A stretch of 64,000 bases of DNA from Piromyces finnis finn (Eukaryota > Fungi > Neocallimastigomycota): assembly GCA_002104945.1 (NCBI GenBank), contig MCFH01000012.1, positions 806,001 through 870,000 of the forward strand, read 5' to 3'. Below, in pieces: positions 51,863 to 64,000 of this stretch. Under the pieces are notes generated by a model. It was not told where the DNA came from, did not search any database, and saw only the letters and a list, made by a program, of their open reading frames with translations. Each line of letters starts with the position of its first letter. The first letter of the stretch is position 1. Position numbers and translations under genes: made by a program.

Positions 51863-54162
51863 TTATAAATTTTCTTTAGTAGCAAGAGCCCAACCAGAAA
51901 TGAGTCTGTAGGCAACAGCATCACTAAAAAAAATAAAAGTAAAATATATATATATATATTTAGATACCAAAAAAAAAAAAAAAAAAAAAACGACAAAAAT
52001 TATATATATAAATTAACTTACGCTTGTGGTAATCTTAAATTACATGGAATACTTTCATCAATATTTGAGGTACGTGGATCCTTACCATCAGATTCAGCAA
52101 TAGCGTCAAGAACTTCTTGTCTAGTGAACCATCTGTAATCTATTATTATTATTATTATTAAAAAGAAAAGAAAAGAAAAAAAAAAGTGGAAAATTATAAT
52201 TAATGATAAATAATGATTAATTATAATAAATAGTATTAAATTGATTATATTATAAATATATGTTTCTTTTTATTTATTTATTTATTTAATAAAGAATGAT
52301 ATAAAAAAGTAACATACCTTCTAATTCTAAATCTTCAACTTCACCAGTATTTTGTTGAGCAGTAGCATAGCAAGCAAACATTAAAGAATTTGGGAATGGC
52401 CATGGTTGAGAAGAATGGAAATTGACATCATCAACAATAACACCAGTTTCTTCTAAAGCTTCTCTTTTAACAGCCATCTAGAATAATATTTAATGATATA
52501 TATATGTATGTAAATAATAGATGAAATTATTAATGATCTTTAACTATTATTATTTCATTCAAAATTAAACGATAAATAATTAAAATATAATTGAAATTGA
52601 TATTTACTTCAAGAGATTCAGCTGGTTCAATGAATCCAGCTTTGTATATAAAGTTTAGTTAGGTATTATAAGAACAGTAAAAGAAATAATATATATAAAT
52701 GAATAATAAATTATTTTATATATCAATTTCCAATAATTAAAGAATAATAATTAGTATAAAAATATTATATCTATTTTTTTTTAAAAGATATTCTAATTTC
52801 ATATAAATAGGAATATAATTATTAGCTATTTATTATTTATAATAATGATTCTATTACCAATACAAGAGTACATATCCTTTGTCCAATTCTTGTGACGACC
52901 AAGTAAAACCTTTTTACCATCCTTGGAAATAATTAAAACGATAATGACTGGGTCGGTTCTTTATTTCATATATATTTTTATTAATAGTAAAAATAATAAT
53001 ATGTTAATTTAAAATATGGATTATAATAGAAAGAATTATAGTATATTGAATTAAAATATCAATTAAAATGGAATTATAAATATAATAATGTAAAAAAAAA
53101 AAAAATACCTTGGATATTGATAATTATTTAAATGGTTGTTAGAATAACAATCTGGATCTGGACAGACATGTTTGTGACCACTATCAACAATTTCTAAAAA
53201 TAAAATAAAAAAATAAAATTATTCAAATTAAAATAGATACATTATATTTAATAATTCGTAGTTTATATATTATTTGTAATTAATAAATAAAACTCATTAA
53301 ATATATATTATTCTATAATTTTAAATTCTATCGCTTAATTATAATATTATAATTAAAAAATAAAATTGATATATTACTGTTCTTTTTTCCACAAGCTGGA
53401 CAGTGAACATTACGCATATTCCAGTCAACCATAGCTCTACCTTGAGCAACAATAGCAGCATCGGTTGGTGGAAGAGCAAAAGTGTGTGGACGCATTGGAA
53501 GGAATTCATACTTATTTTCAGAAATTACTTTAATGGACGGAAATGTTTTTATTTTTATGATATGAAAATAAATAAATGATAAAATAATAATAATAATAAT
53601 AATAATAAAAAGAAAGATTATTAATATATTAAATTATTGACAGTAGAACTCAGCATATATGAAAAAATTTATAATTTTTATCTTGAAAAAATAGAATAAT
53701 GAAAATATATATATATATTATATATATATATATAATAGAGTAATAATAATAAAGAAAAAGAATAAAATGGACAAGAGTTCATAAATGATAACTATGTATA
53801 TAAGTTTTTTTTTTTTTTTTAATTTTATTACTTTTTTCAAGGGTAGCATCATGTTCATTAATATTTTTAGTAACATTACAAGCAAAATAACTAATGTTTG
53901 TTTTTTCATCTAAACCTAAGAATATTGGGATATTTTCTTCTGAAAAGAGGTGTTGAACTTGACTCCAGTTAAAGAAAGCAACAACATTAGACTTTTCTAA
54001 AACCTTTAATAAAGGATTTAAATCTTTATATAAAATATATCTAGTAGTTGGATTTTCCTTTAAATTTTTAATATATTGTTCATCACCACGTTTAGCACTA
54101 TGACGATTTAAAAAGTTTTCTGAAAAGAAATTTGGTTTTGGTTTTGGAAATTTAAAGACCAT
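51863..54162 (-). CDS. NPY1: NADH pyrophosphatase (NudC/NUDT12 Nudix family)
   Basis: Eight phase-consistent exons: 54162-53832, 53527-53378, 53193-53109, 52958-52858, 52639-52608, 52477-52318, 52139-52022 and 51923-51863. Zinc ribbon CPACG...CPDPDC, YPRTDP, Nudix box AGFIEPAESLEMAVKREALEETG and SQPWPFPNSLM. Confidence 0.93.
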
Positions 54163-54942
54163 GTTGAATAATCTTTTTTTTAATGTTTTAATTATATGTA
54201 AAGAGTAAAAAAAAAAAAAAAAAAAAAAAAGAAAGAAAATATTGGATAAATCCGTATATATTAATTAATTTTTTTTTTAAAAAAAAAAAAATTTAAATAT
54301 TAATGCCAGAAAAAAAAAAAAAAAAAAAAAGATAAAAGATGCTTGTTTTTTATTTTATTTTATTTACTATTTTTTTTTTTTTTACTATTCTTTCTAGCAT
54401 AATAATTATAACAGAATTAAAAAAAAAAAAAGGAATAATAACCATTCAAGAATTATAAGAAGAAATTGTAGTTTGTATATATATAAAAGAATATTATACC
54501 ATGAACAATAATATCGGAATTCTTGGGAAAAAAAACATATCGGAAAATACCATTTTGTATACATAAAATTATACATAAAATAGATGTAAAGAAAAAAAAA
54601 AAAAGATTTCTCTTTTATTCTTAGGAGGATTAATTTCTTTCAATAAACATTTACTATTATTAATAATATTAAAATAGTAAAAAGAAGAAAATGAAAAAAA
54701 AAAAAAGTTATATAATGTATGAGAAAAGAAAAATAATTAATAAATAAATTGATAAGGTATATACAACTATAAAACATTACTCGTTATATAAAAAATAGAA
54801 ATAGAAAATAATAACTTTTTTTTTTTTTTTACTATTTTTTATTAATTTTTTTTTATAAACAAATATAATTATTATGAAATGTGTGCAAAAGATTGTTAAA
54901 TGAATAAAGATTTAAATGTTTTTTTTTTTTTTATTTTTATTT

Positions 54943-56864
54943 TTAGTTCTTGTATGGACGTTTGCCATTATTACTTCCACCTCTTCTAGAACCCAAATTA
55001 TTTGAATCATTACTACCTCTACTACCACCAGAATAGTTTCTGTTATAATCTGATCTACCATTACGGTTATTATATGAAGAATTACTTCTACCATTTCCAT
55101 GATTCTTATTATTTCTTTTTCTTTCTTCAATATTAATCTTGGTATTATTAATGACAAATTCACCATTTTGAACGGCCTTACGAGCTTGTTCAACAGTAGC
55201 AAATTCAACAAAAGCGTAATTCTATTTTTTTTTTTTTATACAGAGTATATATAAAGATATTTATTAAATATTATGTAAAATTAAATGAATTTATACCTTT
55301 TTTATCTATCTATTCATCTACCCATCTACAAAGATGGATAGAGGCTTAAAAAAGGTAGTCGTTGATTATAAATTTTATAAATGATCCCTACTACTAAATA
55401 CTAAAATCTACAAGAATAGAAAAAAAAAATATTTTGTTTGTATATATACCTTTGCAGTGTTTATTTCGACATTCTTAATATCGCCAAATTTACTTAAAGC
55501 ATTAGAAATTTCATCCTTTGGAACAGGGTATGGTAACTTGACAAAGACGGTATGAGAATCCTTTTCGGTGTTATTATTATTTCTGTTATCTTGATGCTTT
55601 TGAGTAGTAGTGGCGGTAGTGGCAGCTTGTTTAACAACAACAGTAGCTGGCTTAGTACCATCACCTTGAGCAACCTTATTCCAAGATTTAGCAGAAGAAG
55701 AAGCAATAGAAGAATAGGTTATTGGACGAGTTGGAGCAGCAGCAGCTGGCTTGGCGGTTTCAGCAGCGGCAGCAACCTTGGCAGCAGTTGGTTTTGGAGC
55801 TTCAGCTGGAGTTTCTTTAGCGGCTGGGGCAGCTTCCTTAGCAGCTGGAGCAGCCTTTTGAGCTGGAGTAGATTTTTGAGCTGGAGCTTGTTGTGGTTTA
55901 GCAGCATCAGCTTCAGTAGTAGTCTTCTTTTCCTTGGCTGGTACTGGTTTAGCTTCTTCAGCAGCTGGAGCTGGTTTAGCTTCAACCTTTTCTTTCTTTG
56001 GTTCAACTTTTTCTTGTTTTACTGGTGGTTCTTCAACCTTTGCTGGTTCGGCTGGTTTAACTTCTTCTTCTTTTTCTTCTTCTGGTTGTTGTATTATTTC
56101 TTCATATTCTTCATTAACTTCATCCTTTAAGTATCTAAAGATGTCATTTAATACATAGTAACCATTTTGTTGTACAGCAAGGAAGAAAGTTTGAGCAAAT
56201 TTAATGGCTTGTTCATCTTTATTTGATAATTCACCAAGAACTTGAACAATAATACCTCCATTATTAGATGGTTGACTATCAACATTGGAAACAACAACTC
56301 TGCATTCTTTGTAATCAATATCACTAATTCTCTTTTTTATTTCCTTTTTATTATTGTTTTTTTTTTAAAAAAAAAAATATTTATTTGAATTGTTGATTTG
56401 TTTATTTATTGTTATAATATTGGTTTGTTCATTATCATAATTATTTACAATAGTAGTAGTATAATTCAAATGGTGAATATAATAACAAATATATAAATAG
56501 TGATGAATTATAATAATAATAATAATAATAATAACAAAGAAATTAATATTTTGATTAATAATTTGAAAATATAGTTTGAAATAGTAATTTATTTATCAAT
56601 ATTCAACAACATATTCAATTTGTTGTTTAAAAATTGATATATTGATATGTATATATTATCCTAAAAAAATAAATTGAAATTTACTTCTTTTCCGTGACAA
56701 TATTGAGTAGATTCACCTTCAAGTCCATAGCAAAAGTAAGAATCGTTACTGTAGAATTTATATAATGATTGTGGTTCATGATGCATGATGGTATAATATT
56801 CTTGAACAAATTCCCAACCAATGCCAAAGGCTCTCTTTTCAATACTTTCTTCAGCAGCACTCAT
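54943..56864 (-). CDS. G3BP/Nxt3/Bre5-like NTF2-RRM-RGG protein
   Basis: Exons 56864-56685, 56343-55450 and 55221-54943. NTF2-like domain (GWEFVQEYY...KFAQTFFLA...YYVLNDIFRY), acidic and Ala/Pro/Lys linker, SSSAKSWNKV motif, RRM (TVFVK...KNYAFVEF) and R/G/N tail. Confidence 0.9.
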
Positions 56865-59335
56865 GATGTTTTAGAATTTCTTTTAAATTAAAAATAAAAA
56901 TTTATATAAATTATAAATAATGTTATTATATATATATAATTTAAAAAAATAAACATTATATATTTAAAAAATAAAATAATATGCTTTTTAATGGTGTTTT
57001 CTTGTTTGTTTGTTTGTTTGTTTTTTTTTTTATTTTATTTTATTTTATTTTATTTTGACTACTTGAATCAATATTTATAATTGGGTGTATTATACATTTA
57101 TTTAATATTGGTCAAAATTAATGAATTTTTTTATTAGTATTCAAAAAACTAATATTATCACAGGAAAACTTTTATTATTTTATCTTTTTTTATTTTTTTA
57201 TTTAGTTTCATTTTTTACTATGGTATGATAAAATATTTCATTTTAACTGATCAAGAATTTTTATATTATTATATAAATAATACGATTATTATTTTTTTTT
57301 GGCAATATTTTTATTTATTTGTTTTTTAATGTTTTTTCAACTATTTTGAAAAGAAAATTAATATAAACATTATTTAGTCAAAGGGATATATTTTACATAC
57401 TACTTTTAATTGATCATAATATTCTTTAACTTTCATTTACGTTCTTTTTTTTTTTTTTTTATCTCTCTTTTATAATTGGATTCAATAATTTTTTATAATT
57501 GGTTGAATATAAAGATAACAACAATAGTCATACTTTTTTTTTTTTTGGTAATAAATATTTATTATTTTAAATATATTTTTTTTTAAAAAAAATAGTTTAA
57601 CGAAATGAATACGACTATAAAAATATATTATCATTGTCATAATAATAATTATATGAACATTAAAATTTTTATTATTGTTAATAACATTATATTCATCTTT
57701 ATTTTTTCTTGATGATGATGAATATTGATTTGATTACTATTTTTTCATTTTACCTTTAAATAAAAAACAAATAGAATATTATTAATTATGAATATTATGA
57801 ATAGATATATTTAAAAGTGGTATATTTATAATAAGATATTTGAAATAGAATCTTATTTCTTTATACAAAGTAATTTCTTTTCTTTTTTTTTAATTTACAA
57901 AAATTACTTTTTTTTAAATAAAAAAAAATTATTATAACAAAAATTAAAGTTTTTAATCCTTAGATTTATTTATTTATTTATCTATTTATTTATTCATTCA
58001 TTTATGTATATATTATTTATTTATTCATTTATTTATATAAAAATTTTTATTTATATTTAATAAAATTTAGAAATTATATATAAATAGTAAAGAAACAATT
58101 ATGAAATGACCAAAAAAAAAAAAAAGATAATAATAAAGTAAGGTTGTTTTTACGTAAAATTGTATTTTTTATTTATATAATCAAATTAAGCGATAATAAA
58201 ACTTTGTTGAGTTATTAAGTTATTATATGAGACTTTATAATAATAATAAAAAAAAAAAAACGTTTACAAAAAAAGATTATGTAGTAAAAAAAGGCAGGAA
58301 TTCAATACTTTTCCAATAGTTTCATTTATCCTATTGTTTTATTTTGTTTTTCAAAAAATAGATATAAAGAAGTGATTTTAAGTTTTATTATTCATTCTTA
58401 ATAATAAATATATTATTAAAATAGACATTTTTTTAATTCAACTATTTTTATCATGACTATTTTTAATATTATTGTTTTAATGTCCTTCCTCCTTTCTATC
58501 TTCCAACAACAAATAAAAAAAAAGCAAAAGTTTTTAAATGCAATGGATTTAAAGTTTAACAAAATAGGATCAAGAATGTATTTAAAGAAATTAGAGCTTC
58601 TTTTGATTCAAAAGGATATTACTTTTTTTTTTATGGATTAAAAATTACTTGAACACACTTTTAGAAAGGTACAAATATTTTTTATACAATAATTATGATA
58701 TAAAACTATAATGAAACACCTTTATTCCTTTCTATATACAATTATATTTTTTTCTTTTTTTTTATAATTGGCTATTAAAAAGAATAGTAAAAAAAAAAAA
58801 AAAAAATACTAACAAAAATGATATTAAGAAAAAACTTTTTTAAAGATTTTTGTCCTTTTTATTGAATTTTATTTTTTAAACCTTTTCCAATATCCTAACC
58901 CTTCTTTTTTAATTAAAAATTTAAAATTTAATTTAAGCTTCTATACAAATATTTAATATTTCCATTTTTGGTAGAGTTGCAATAATGAAAAGTTTATTGT
59001 TGTCGATAGTGTTGCTTTGTTTCTTTGTTTTATTTTACTATTACTTTGGTCTTTTATAATAAATAGTTATCATTATCATTATCATGATTTATATTTTTTT
59101 TTTAAAAAAAATGAATAGCTAAATCATCTTTTAAATGGTCTACCTAATATTACGAATAATTAATCAAAAGATATTTAAAATGATCATACTAATTATATTA
59201 TGTATATCCATTTTTTCTTTAAAGAGTTTTTCTTTTTAAGATTTTTAACATCATGAAAAAATACATAAAAAACTAAATATCTTTTTTTTTTTTTATATAT
59301 ATATCTTCCTTTAACTCTAAAATCTTATTCTTCTT

Positions 59336-59372
<37 letters not shown>

Positions 59373-60411
59373 TTTTAGTTTTAGTTTTAAATTAAAGTAT
59401 ATAAATTTTAATTTTCTTATATATTATCCGAGAAAAAGTAAACTCACTCGCGAGAAGAAGTAAAAATCTTAATTTAAAAAGATAAATTTAATTAATAAAA
59501 CTTAAAAAACTAAATATAAAGAATATAAATTAAATAGAAAAACATATAAATATATATAGAATATATAGAATATTGATATTTTAACCACCACCAAAAAAAA
59601 ATCTAAATTTATATAAAATTTTTCCATATTAATGAAAAGTTTTTTTCTTCTTCTTCTTCTTCTTCCTTCTTCTTCTTCCGATAAGGTTTTTAAATTAATA
59701 AATTTTTTTTCTTAATTTTATTAAAATATATATAAATATATATATAAATATATATATACTATCTTTTCTTTTTTTAATGTAAAGAAAGAAGAAAGGTTTT
59801 ATTTCTATTATTTTTTTTAATTTTACTATTTAACAGTAAAGAAGGAAAAAAAAAAATTATCTAATAATTCTCCGAGTCTTTTTTTTTTTAACTCATTTCA
59901 ATTATAGTCATCACAATAATACATACAATATTTATTTATTTTTATAATCTTTATTTTTCTTTATTAAATATATAATACATAATACATATATATATATATT
60001 TTTTACTATAAAAAATAAATACATTCTAAATTAGAAATACTAAAAAAAAAAAAACAAAACAAAACAAAAAACAAAAAATTATAAAAATATATACTATTGA
60101 TAAGGATACTAAAATAATAATAAATATTATATAGTCAAAATAATAAAAAAAAAAAAAGAATAAATTAAATATATATTTATATATATATAAAAAACGTAGT
60201 AATGGATTGAATACTAATAATAATAATAAAAAAAAGTATTATGCAATAGGTATATACATACCACTTACATCCTTTGGTAAGTGATAAAAACTATTTATTA
60301 TATCCATTAATTGCTTTAGCGATAGATTTTTTTTAAAAAGTAATTATTACGTAAAGATTGAATTTAACTATTTATATATAAATAAAAATAATTTAATAAA
60401 GAAAGAAGGAA

Positions 60412-60442
<31 letters not shown>

Positions 60443-60496
60443 TTTTTTTTTTCGCTTGAATCATTTTAAATTTTGCGATTCCTCCTCTCTTTCTCC

Positions 60497-61846
60497 TTAG
60501 TTTTCTTCCTTTGCACCATATTTTAATAATAAATCAATCATTTTTTTATTGTCGTATTGACGAGCAATCATGATTGGTGTTTCGTTTTTATTATTGGCTG
60601 CATTAACATCAGCTCCACGTTTTAATAACATTTCAGCAATATCTACACTATTTTGAAGACAGGAAAGATAAAGTGGTGATTCCTCTAAATTATTCTTCAT
60701 GTTAACATCAACATCAGTTTCAAGAAGAAGCTTGACAATCTCTATATTCTTTTTCCAACAGGCCATAATTAAGGCAGTTTCACCCTTGTCATTTCTTAAA
60801 TTAACATTTGCATGACATTGAATTAATTTTTCAATAACCTTAAGCATTCCTTTTTTACAGGCTAAAATTAAGGCGGTTTCATCATACTTGTTTTGATAAT
60901 TTGGATCAGCATTGTAATCTAAGAGAACAAGTGCTGATTTTGGTTGATTCTTTTTACAGGCTAAAATAAGAAGAGTGTAATAGGCATTATTTTGCATGTT
61001 TGGATTGAGACCGTATTGAAGCATGGTTTCTATGGCATTGGCATTATCAGAGAAATAAAGAAGGGTAAAGACAAACATATCAATACTGGATGCAGTTGAG
61101 GTGACTTCACGTGTTTTATTAAATTCTTTGATCTTTTCAGTGATGGCTGCTCTTTCTCCTTCATCCTTGAGATTTTTGATTTGTTCAAAAAGTTCTTCTG
61201 GTAACTTGTAGATATTACCCTTTTCTTGAACTAATCCTTTATAAAACTCTAATACATCTTCATCATTTTGATTGTAACAGGCTGTTTTTAATGGCTTTAA
61301 ATATTCATCGGATTTAGCTTCTCCTTTAATACTACTTTGAGATTTGGAGTTCTTAACGGTCTTTCCAGTGGTAGTGGAGGCACTACCATTTATGGATTGA
61401 ACCTTTTCCTTGGCTTTCATTAAAAGTAATTCTGTGGTGGCTTCAATGGATGCTTCATCACTACTACTCTTTGATTTTTCTTCTTCAGAAGATTTGATCT
61501 TTGGAGAAGGTTGATTACCTTTCTTTAAATTAGGCTTTGATGTCATTTTAACTGGATAATCTAATGAATTAGAACGGGAACGTTGATGCTTTAAATCACC
61601 ATTTATCTTTCTTGAATTTTTATTTACACTACCATCACTAGAGATACTATCTTGACGTGTATGTTTACTATTTACAGGGGGAACTAAAGAATGAACTAAT
61701 GGCTTACTAAAGGTAACACTGCTATTTTTTGTATGATTAGCTTTTTTGGTAATGGCGTTGTTGATGGTTGAAGTGGTATTCTTTAATTCGTTAATTAAAG
61801 AACTAGTGGTTAAATCTGAGGAGGTAGCTGGTAATACAGATATCAT
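60497..61846 (-). CDS. Ankyrin-repeat protein with Ser/Lys-rich disordered N-terminus
   Basis: Single open frame; likely start is aaaaaATG at 61846, with no nearby 3' splice AG. About 6 C-terminal ankyrin repeats (ETALILACKKG, ETALIMAC, ESPLYLSC, ETPIMIA). Confidence 0.85.
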   Translation of the reverse strand: MISVLPATSSDLTTSSLINELKNTTSTINNAITKKANHTKNSSVTFSKPLVHSLVPPVNSKHTRQDSISSDGSVNKNSRKINGDLKHQRSRSNSLDYPVKMTSKPNLKKGNQPSPKIKSSEEEKSKSSSDEASIEATTELLLMKAKEKVQSINGSASTTTGKTVKNSKSQSSIKGEAKSDEYLKPLKTACYNQNDEDVLEFYKGLVQEKGNIYKLPEELFEQIKNLKDEGERAAITEKIKEFNKTREVTSTASSIDMFVFTLLYFSDNANAIETMLQYGLNPNMQNNAYYTLLILACKKNQPKSALVLLDYNADPNYQNKYDETALILACKKGMLKVIEKLIQCHANVNLRNDKGETALIMACWKKNIEIVKLLLETDVDVNMKNNLEESPLYLSCLQNSVDIAEMLLKRGADVNAANNKNETPIMIARQYDNKKMIDLLLKYGAKEEN

Positions 61847-62579
61847 TTTTTTAAAAGTAATAATATACAAATTATAAAAAAAAAAAAAAGTATATATATA
61901 ATAAAATGAATAATTATATATTAGTATTTCCTTGAAATAATTGTAAAATGGCTAAATAATAATAACAATTTGAGTTATCATTATTTTTCTTTTTTCAAAA
62001 AATATAAATTTAAAATATTTTGAAATTTTTTTTTAATAAAAATTTTTTTTTTTTTTTAAAAGATATACGTAGTATTTATATAAAAATAATAATAAAAATA
62101 AATACTAATAATAATAAAAAAAAAGTATTCTGGAAAAAATCAAAAAATAAAAAACGAAAAAAAAAAAACAACTTTAATTTGATGTCATGGATGGTCAAAA
62201 AAGGTTAATTAGAATATAAAATTAATTTAAAAAATTTTTTTTTCATAATTAACTTTAAATTTTAATTTAAAGGATAATTAATAAATTATCAAAACTTTAT
62301 AAATTGTAAAAAAAACATGCCAATCGAATGGCAACCATAAACTATTTAAACTCTAAACCTAAATTGTTAATTAAATCTTAACAGACTATTGATAATAAAT
62401 TATCACAAAGTTTCGGAATTTGACAGATAATTTAGTAAACTTAATTTTTTTTTTTTTACTGCTATGAGATAAATGAAAAATAAATAATTTTTTTTCGCCA
62501 ATAAAAAATAATGAATGATCAATCATTCATCTCAACGCTATAAAAATCTAAACTTTAAATTTTAATAGCTACATGTGAC

Positions 62580-64000
62580 CTAATTCTTTTTATGGTAGGT
62601 AAAAGGATGAAATAAAATAGTACTGGAAAGAAAAGAAAAAAAAAAAAAATACTTACTGGATGCAATATTTATACTAGCATGACGAGAATGAGCAGCAGCT
62701 TTATGAGGCACATTTTTGTTTTCTTCTTCACGAATAAGATTTTCATTTAAACTAAGAGTAGAACCTTTAGTTTTTAAAGTATTTTGATTCTTTATATAAA
62801 TGTAAAAGAGAGAAACAATGTTTTTATACTTGTATTCTTTAGCAATAGTTAATGGTGATTTTCCATTCTTATTTTTAAAAGAAATACTGGCTTCATAATC
62901 CAATAAAAGACTTGCTAATTTTCTATTGTTATTTCTGACGGCGTGGAAGAGAGCAGTTTCCCCGTTCAAATCATATCTTTTATTAATAATGGCTTCATTT
63001 TCCAACAAGATTTTAGCTATTTTAAAGTTATTCATACGACAAGCAGCAATTAATGGCGTTTCTAACTGAACATTTAATGGATTAATGTTGATGCCTTTAC
63101 ACTTTAATAACTCATGAATAATTTCAACATTATTTTCATAGACAGCAAGCATTAAAGCAGTGTTACCATTATAGTTGGGTATGTTAACGTTAATTGATTC
63201 TTGGGCGAGCAATAAACGAACAATAGAAGTATAATTCTTTTTACATGCATTATGAAGAGCAGTGTTACCGTAGCGATCAACAGAATTTACATCTATGTCT
63301 AATGCATTTTCAGAACTTTCTTTTAAAAGTAATTCAACAATATTTCTTAAACCATAACGACAAGCTAAAATAAGAGCAGTATCCTTATATTCATTAGAAA
63401 GATTAACTTTTGCTTTTTTACGCAAGAGACCGCGAATGATATCATAGTAACAATTATCGACATTAATACTTTCATCCTTAACCCTGTAAACCTTGTCAAA
63501 GGAAACACGATGATTAATCACAGGAATATCTGTGTTAATGATATTCCTTCTCTTGGATATTTTATCGTCAATGGAAGAAGTAGAGGCACCGGAGAATGAT
63601 CTTTGATGACGATCATTTGTAGGGAGAATTAATTCATTTTCAGCAAAGGAACAGCTATGAATAGAGGCTTTATCCTCAAAGTTTTCTTCATGATCTGAAA
63701 GAGTATTATCACTATCACTAACATAAAGGGGTATAATAGTGTCGTCATTTTCTTGATCAATATTGGTAAAGATTCGGGAGTAATAATTATTATCAGTGAT
63801 TGAACTATTTTTGCTTGCGGCAAGGGTAGTAGAAGAATTAGAAGAAACTGTACTCACACTATCATCTTCTGGGAATGAGTCATTGGAATAAAGGTTGGAT
63901 AAATTAAAATCATCCTCTTCTGAAGTATCGATATGATGTTTCTTTAAGTATTTTTTAATGGCATAAATTAAAGGTGTATTCTTTTCAACGCCGAATTTTA
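62580..64000 (-). CDS. Ankyrin-repeat protein, 5' end outside window, 3' end uncertain
   Basis: Frame is open to the window edge (...KFGVEKNTPLIYAIKK...). About 7 ankyrin repeats (DTALILAC, NTALHNAC, NTALMLAV, ETPLIAAC, ETALFHAV). Strong donor GTAAGT after 62657; terminal exon not resolved. Confidence 0.8.
   Translation of the reverse strand, partial: KFGVEKNTPLIYAIKKYLKKHHIDTSEEDDFNLSNLYSNDSFPEDDSVSTVSSNSSTTLAASKNSSITDNNYYSRIFTNIDQENDDTIIPLYVSDSDNTLSDHEENFEDKASIHSCSFAENELILPTNDRHQRSFSGASTSSIDDKISKRRNIINTDIPVINHRVSFDKVYRVKDESINVDNCYYDIIRGLLRKKAKVNLSNEYKDTALILACRYGLRNIVELLLKESSENALDIDVNSVDRYGNTALHNACKKNYTSIVRLLLAQESINVNIPNYNGNTALMLAVYENNVEIIHELLKCKGININPLNVQLETPLIAACRMNNFKIAKILLENEAIINKRYDLNGETALFHAVRNNNRKLASLLLDYEASISFKNKNGKSPLTIAKEYKYKNIVSLFYIYIKNQNTLKTKGSTLSLNENLIREEENKNVPHKAAAHSRHASINIASSKYFFFFSFLSSTILFHPFTYHKKN

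Noticed and set aside
52137-52317. Suspected missing microexon in NPY1 (phase clash at the CAG acceptor)
   Set aside because: The upstream TAG acceptor (exon start 52139) restores the frame (ELEDYRWF).
58893-58903. CCTAACCCT telomerase-template-like word, and the CTCGCGAG palindrome at 59447-59454
   Set aside because: Single short matches with no supporting structure.
1-64000. tRNA, rRNA, CRISPR arrays, intact transposase or reverse transcriptase
   Set aside because: None seen by eye; a tRNAscan/Infernal/RepeatModeler run would be needed to exclude them formally.

Overview
This window is eukaryotic DNA from an anaerobic gut fungus (Neocallimastigomycota). The evidence is extreme AT richness, long poly-A/T and (TAT)n tracts, short GT-AG introns, and a secreted glycosidase carrying the fungal non-catalytic dockerins diagnostic of this phylum. 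I assembled about 14 spliced gene models by hand: a twin-FtsX-type permease (5' end outside the window), a bacterial-type Cmk-fold kinase, a possible MDM1-like microtubule protein, RPB9, UAP1, an ARID2/Rsc9 orthologue, NUP82, an intronless orphan ORF plus its decayed copy, NSR1, a kinesin-3, a CBM13-GH43-dockerin cellulosome enzyme, NPY1, a G3BP/Nxt3-like protein and two ankyrin-repeat genes. I saw no tRNA, rRNA, CRISPR array or intact transposase. The most striking observations are four. (1) The NSR1 reading frame appears to need a single-nucleotide exon (A34160). (2) The intron splitting the G3BP RRM holds a hairpin-masked 29-nt stop-containing cassette exon. (3) The Cmk-fold kinase has an organellar presequence and an intact ATP site but has lost the CMP-recognition residues. 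(4) A ~7 kb accessory block between the divergent NUP82 and NSR1 genes is bounded by ~330-bp direct repeats. All splice models and homologies come from manual reading and recalled family motifs; no database search was run.
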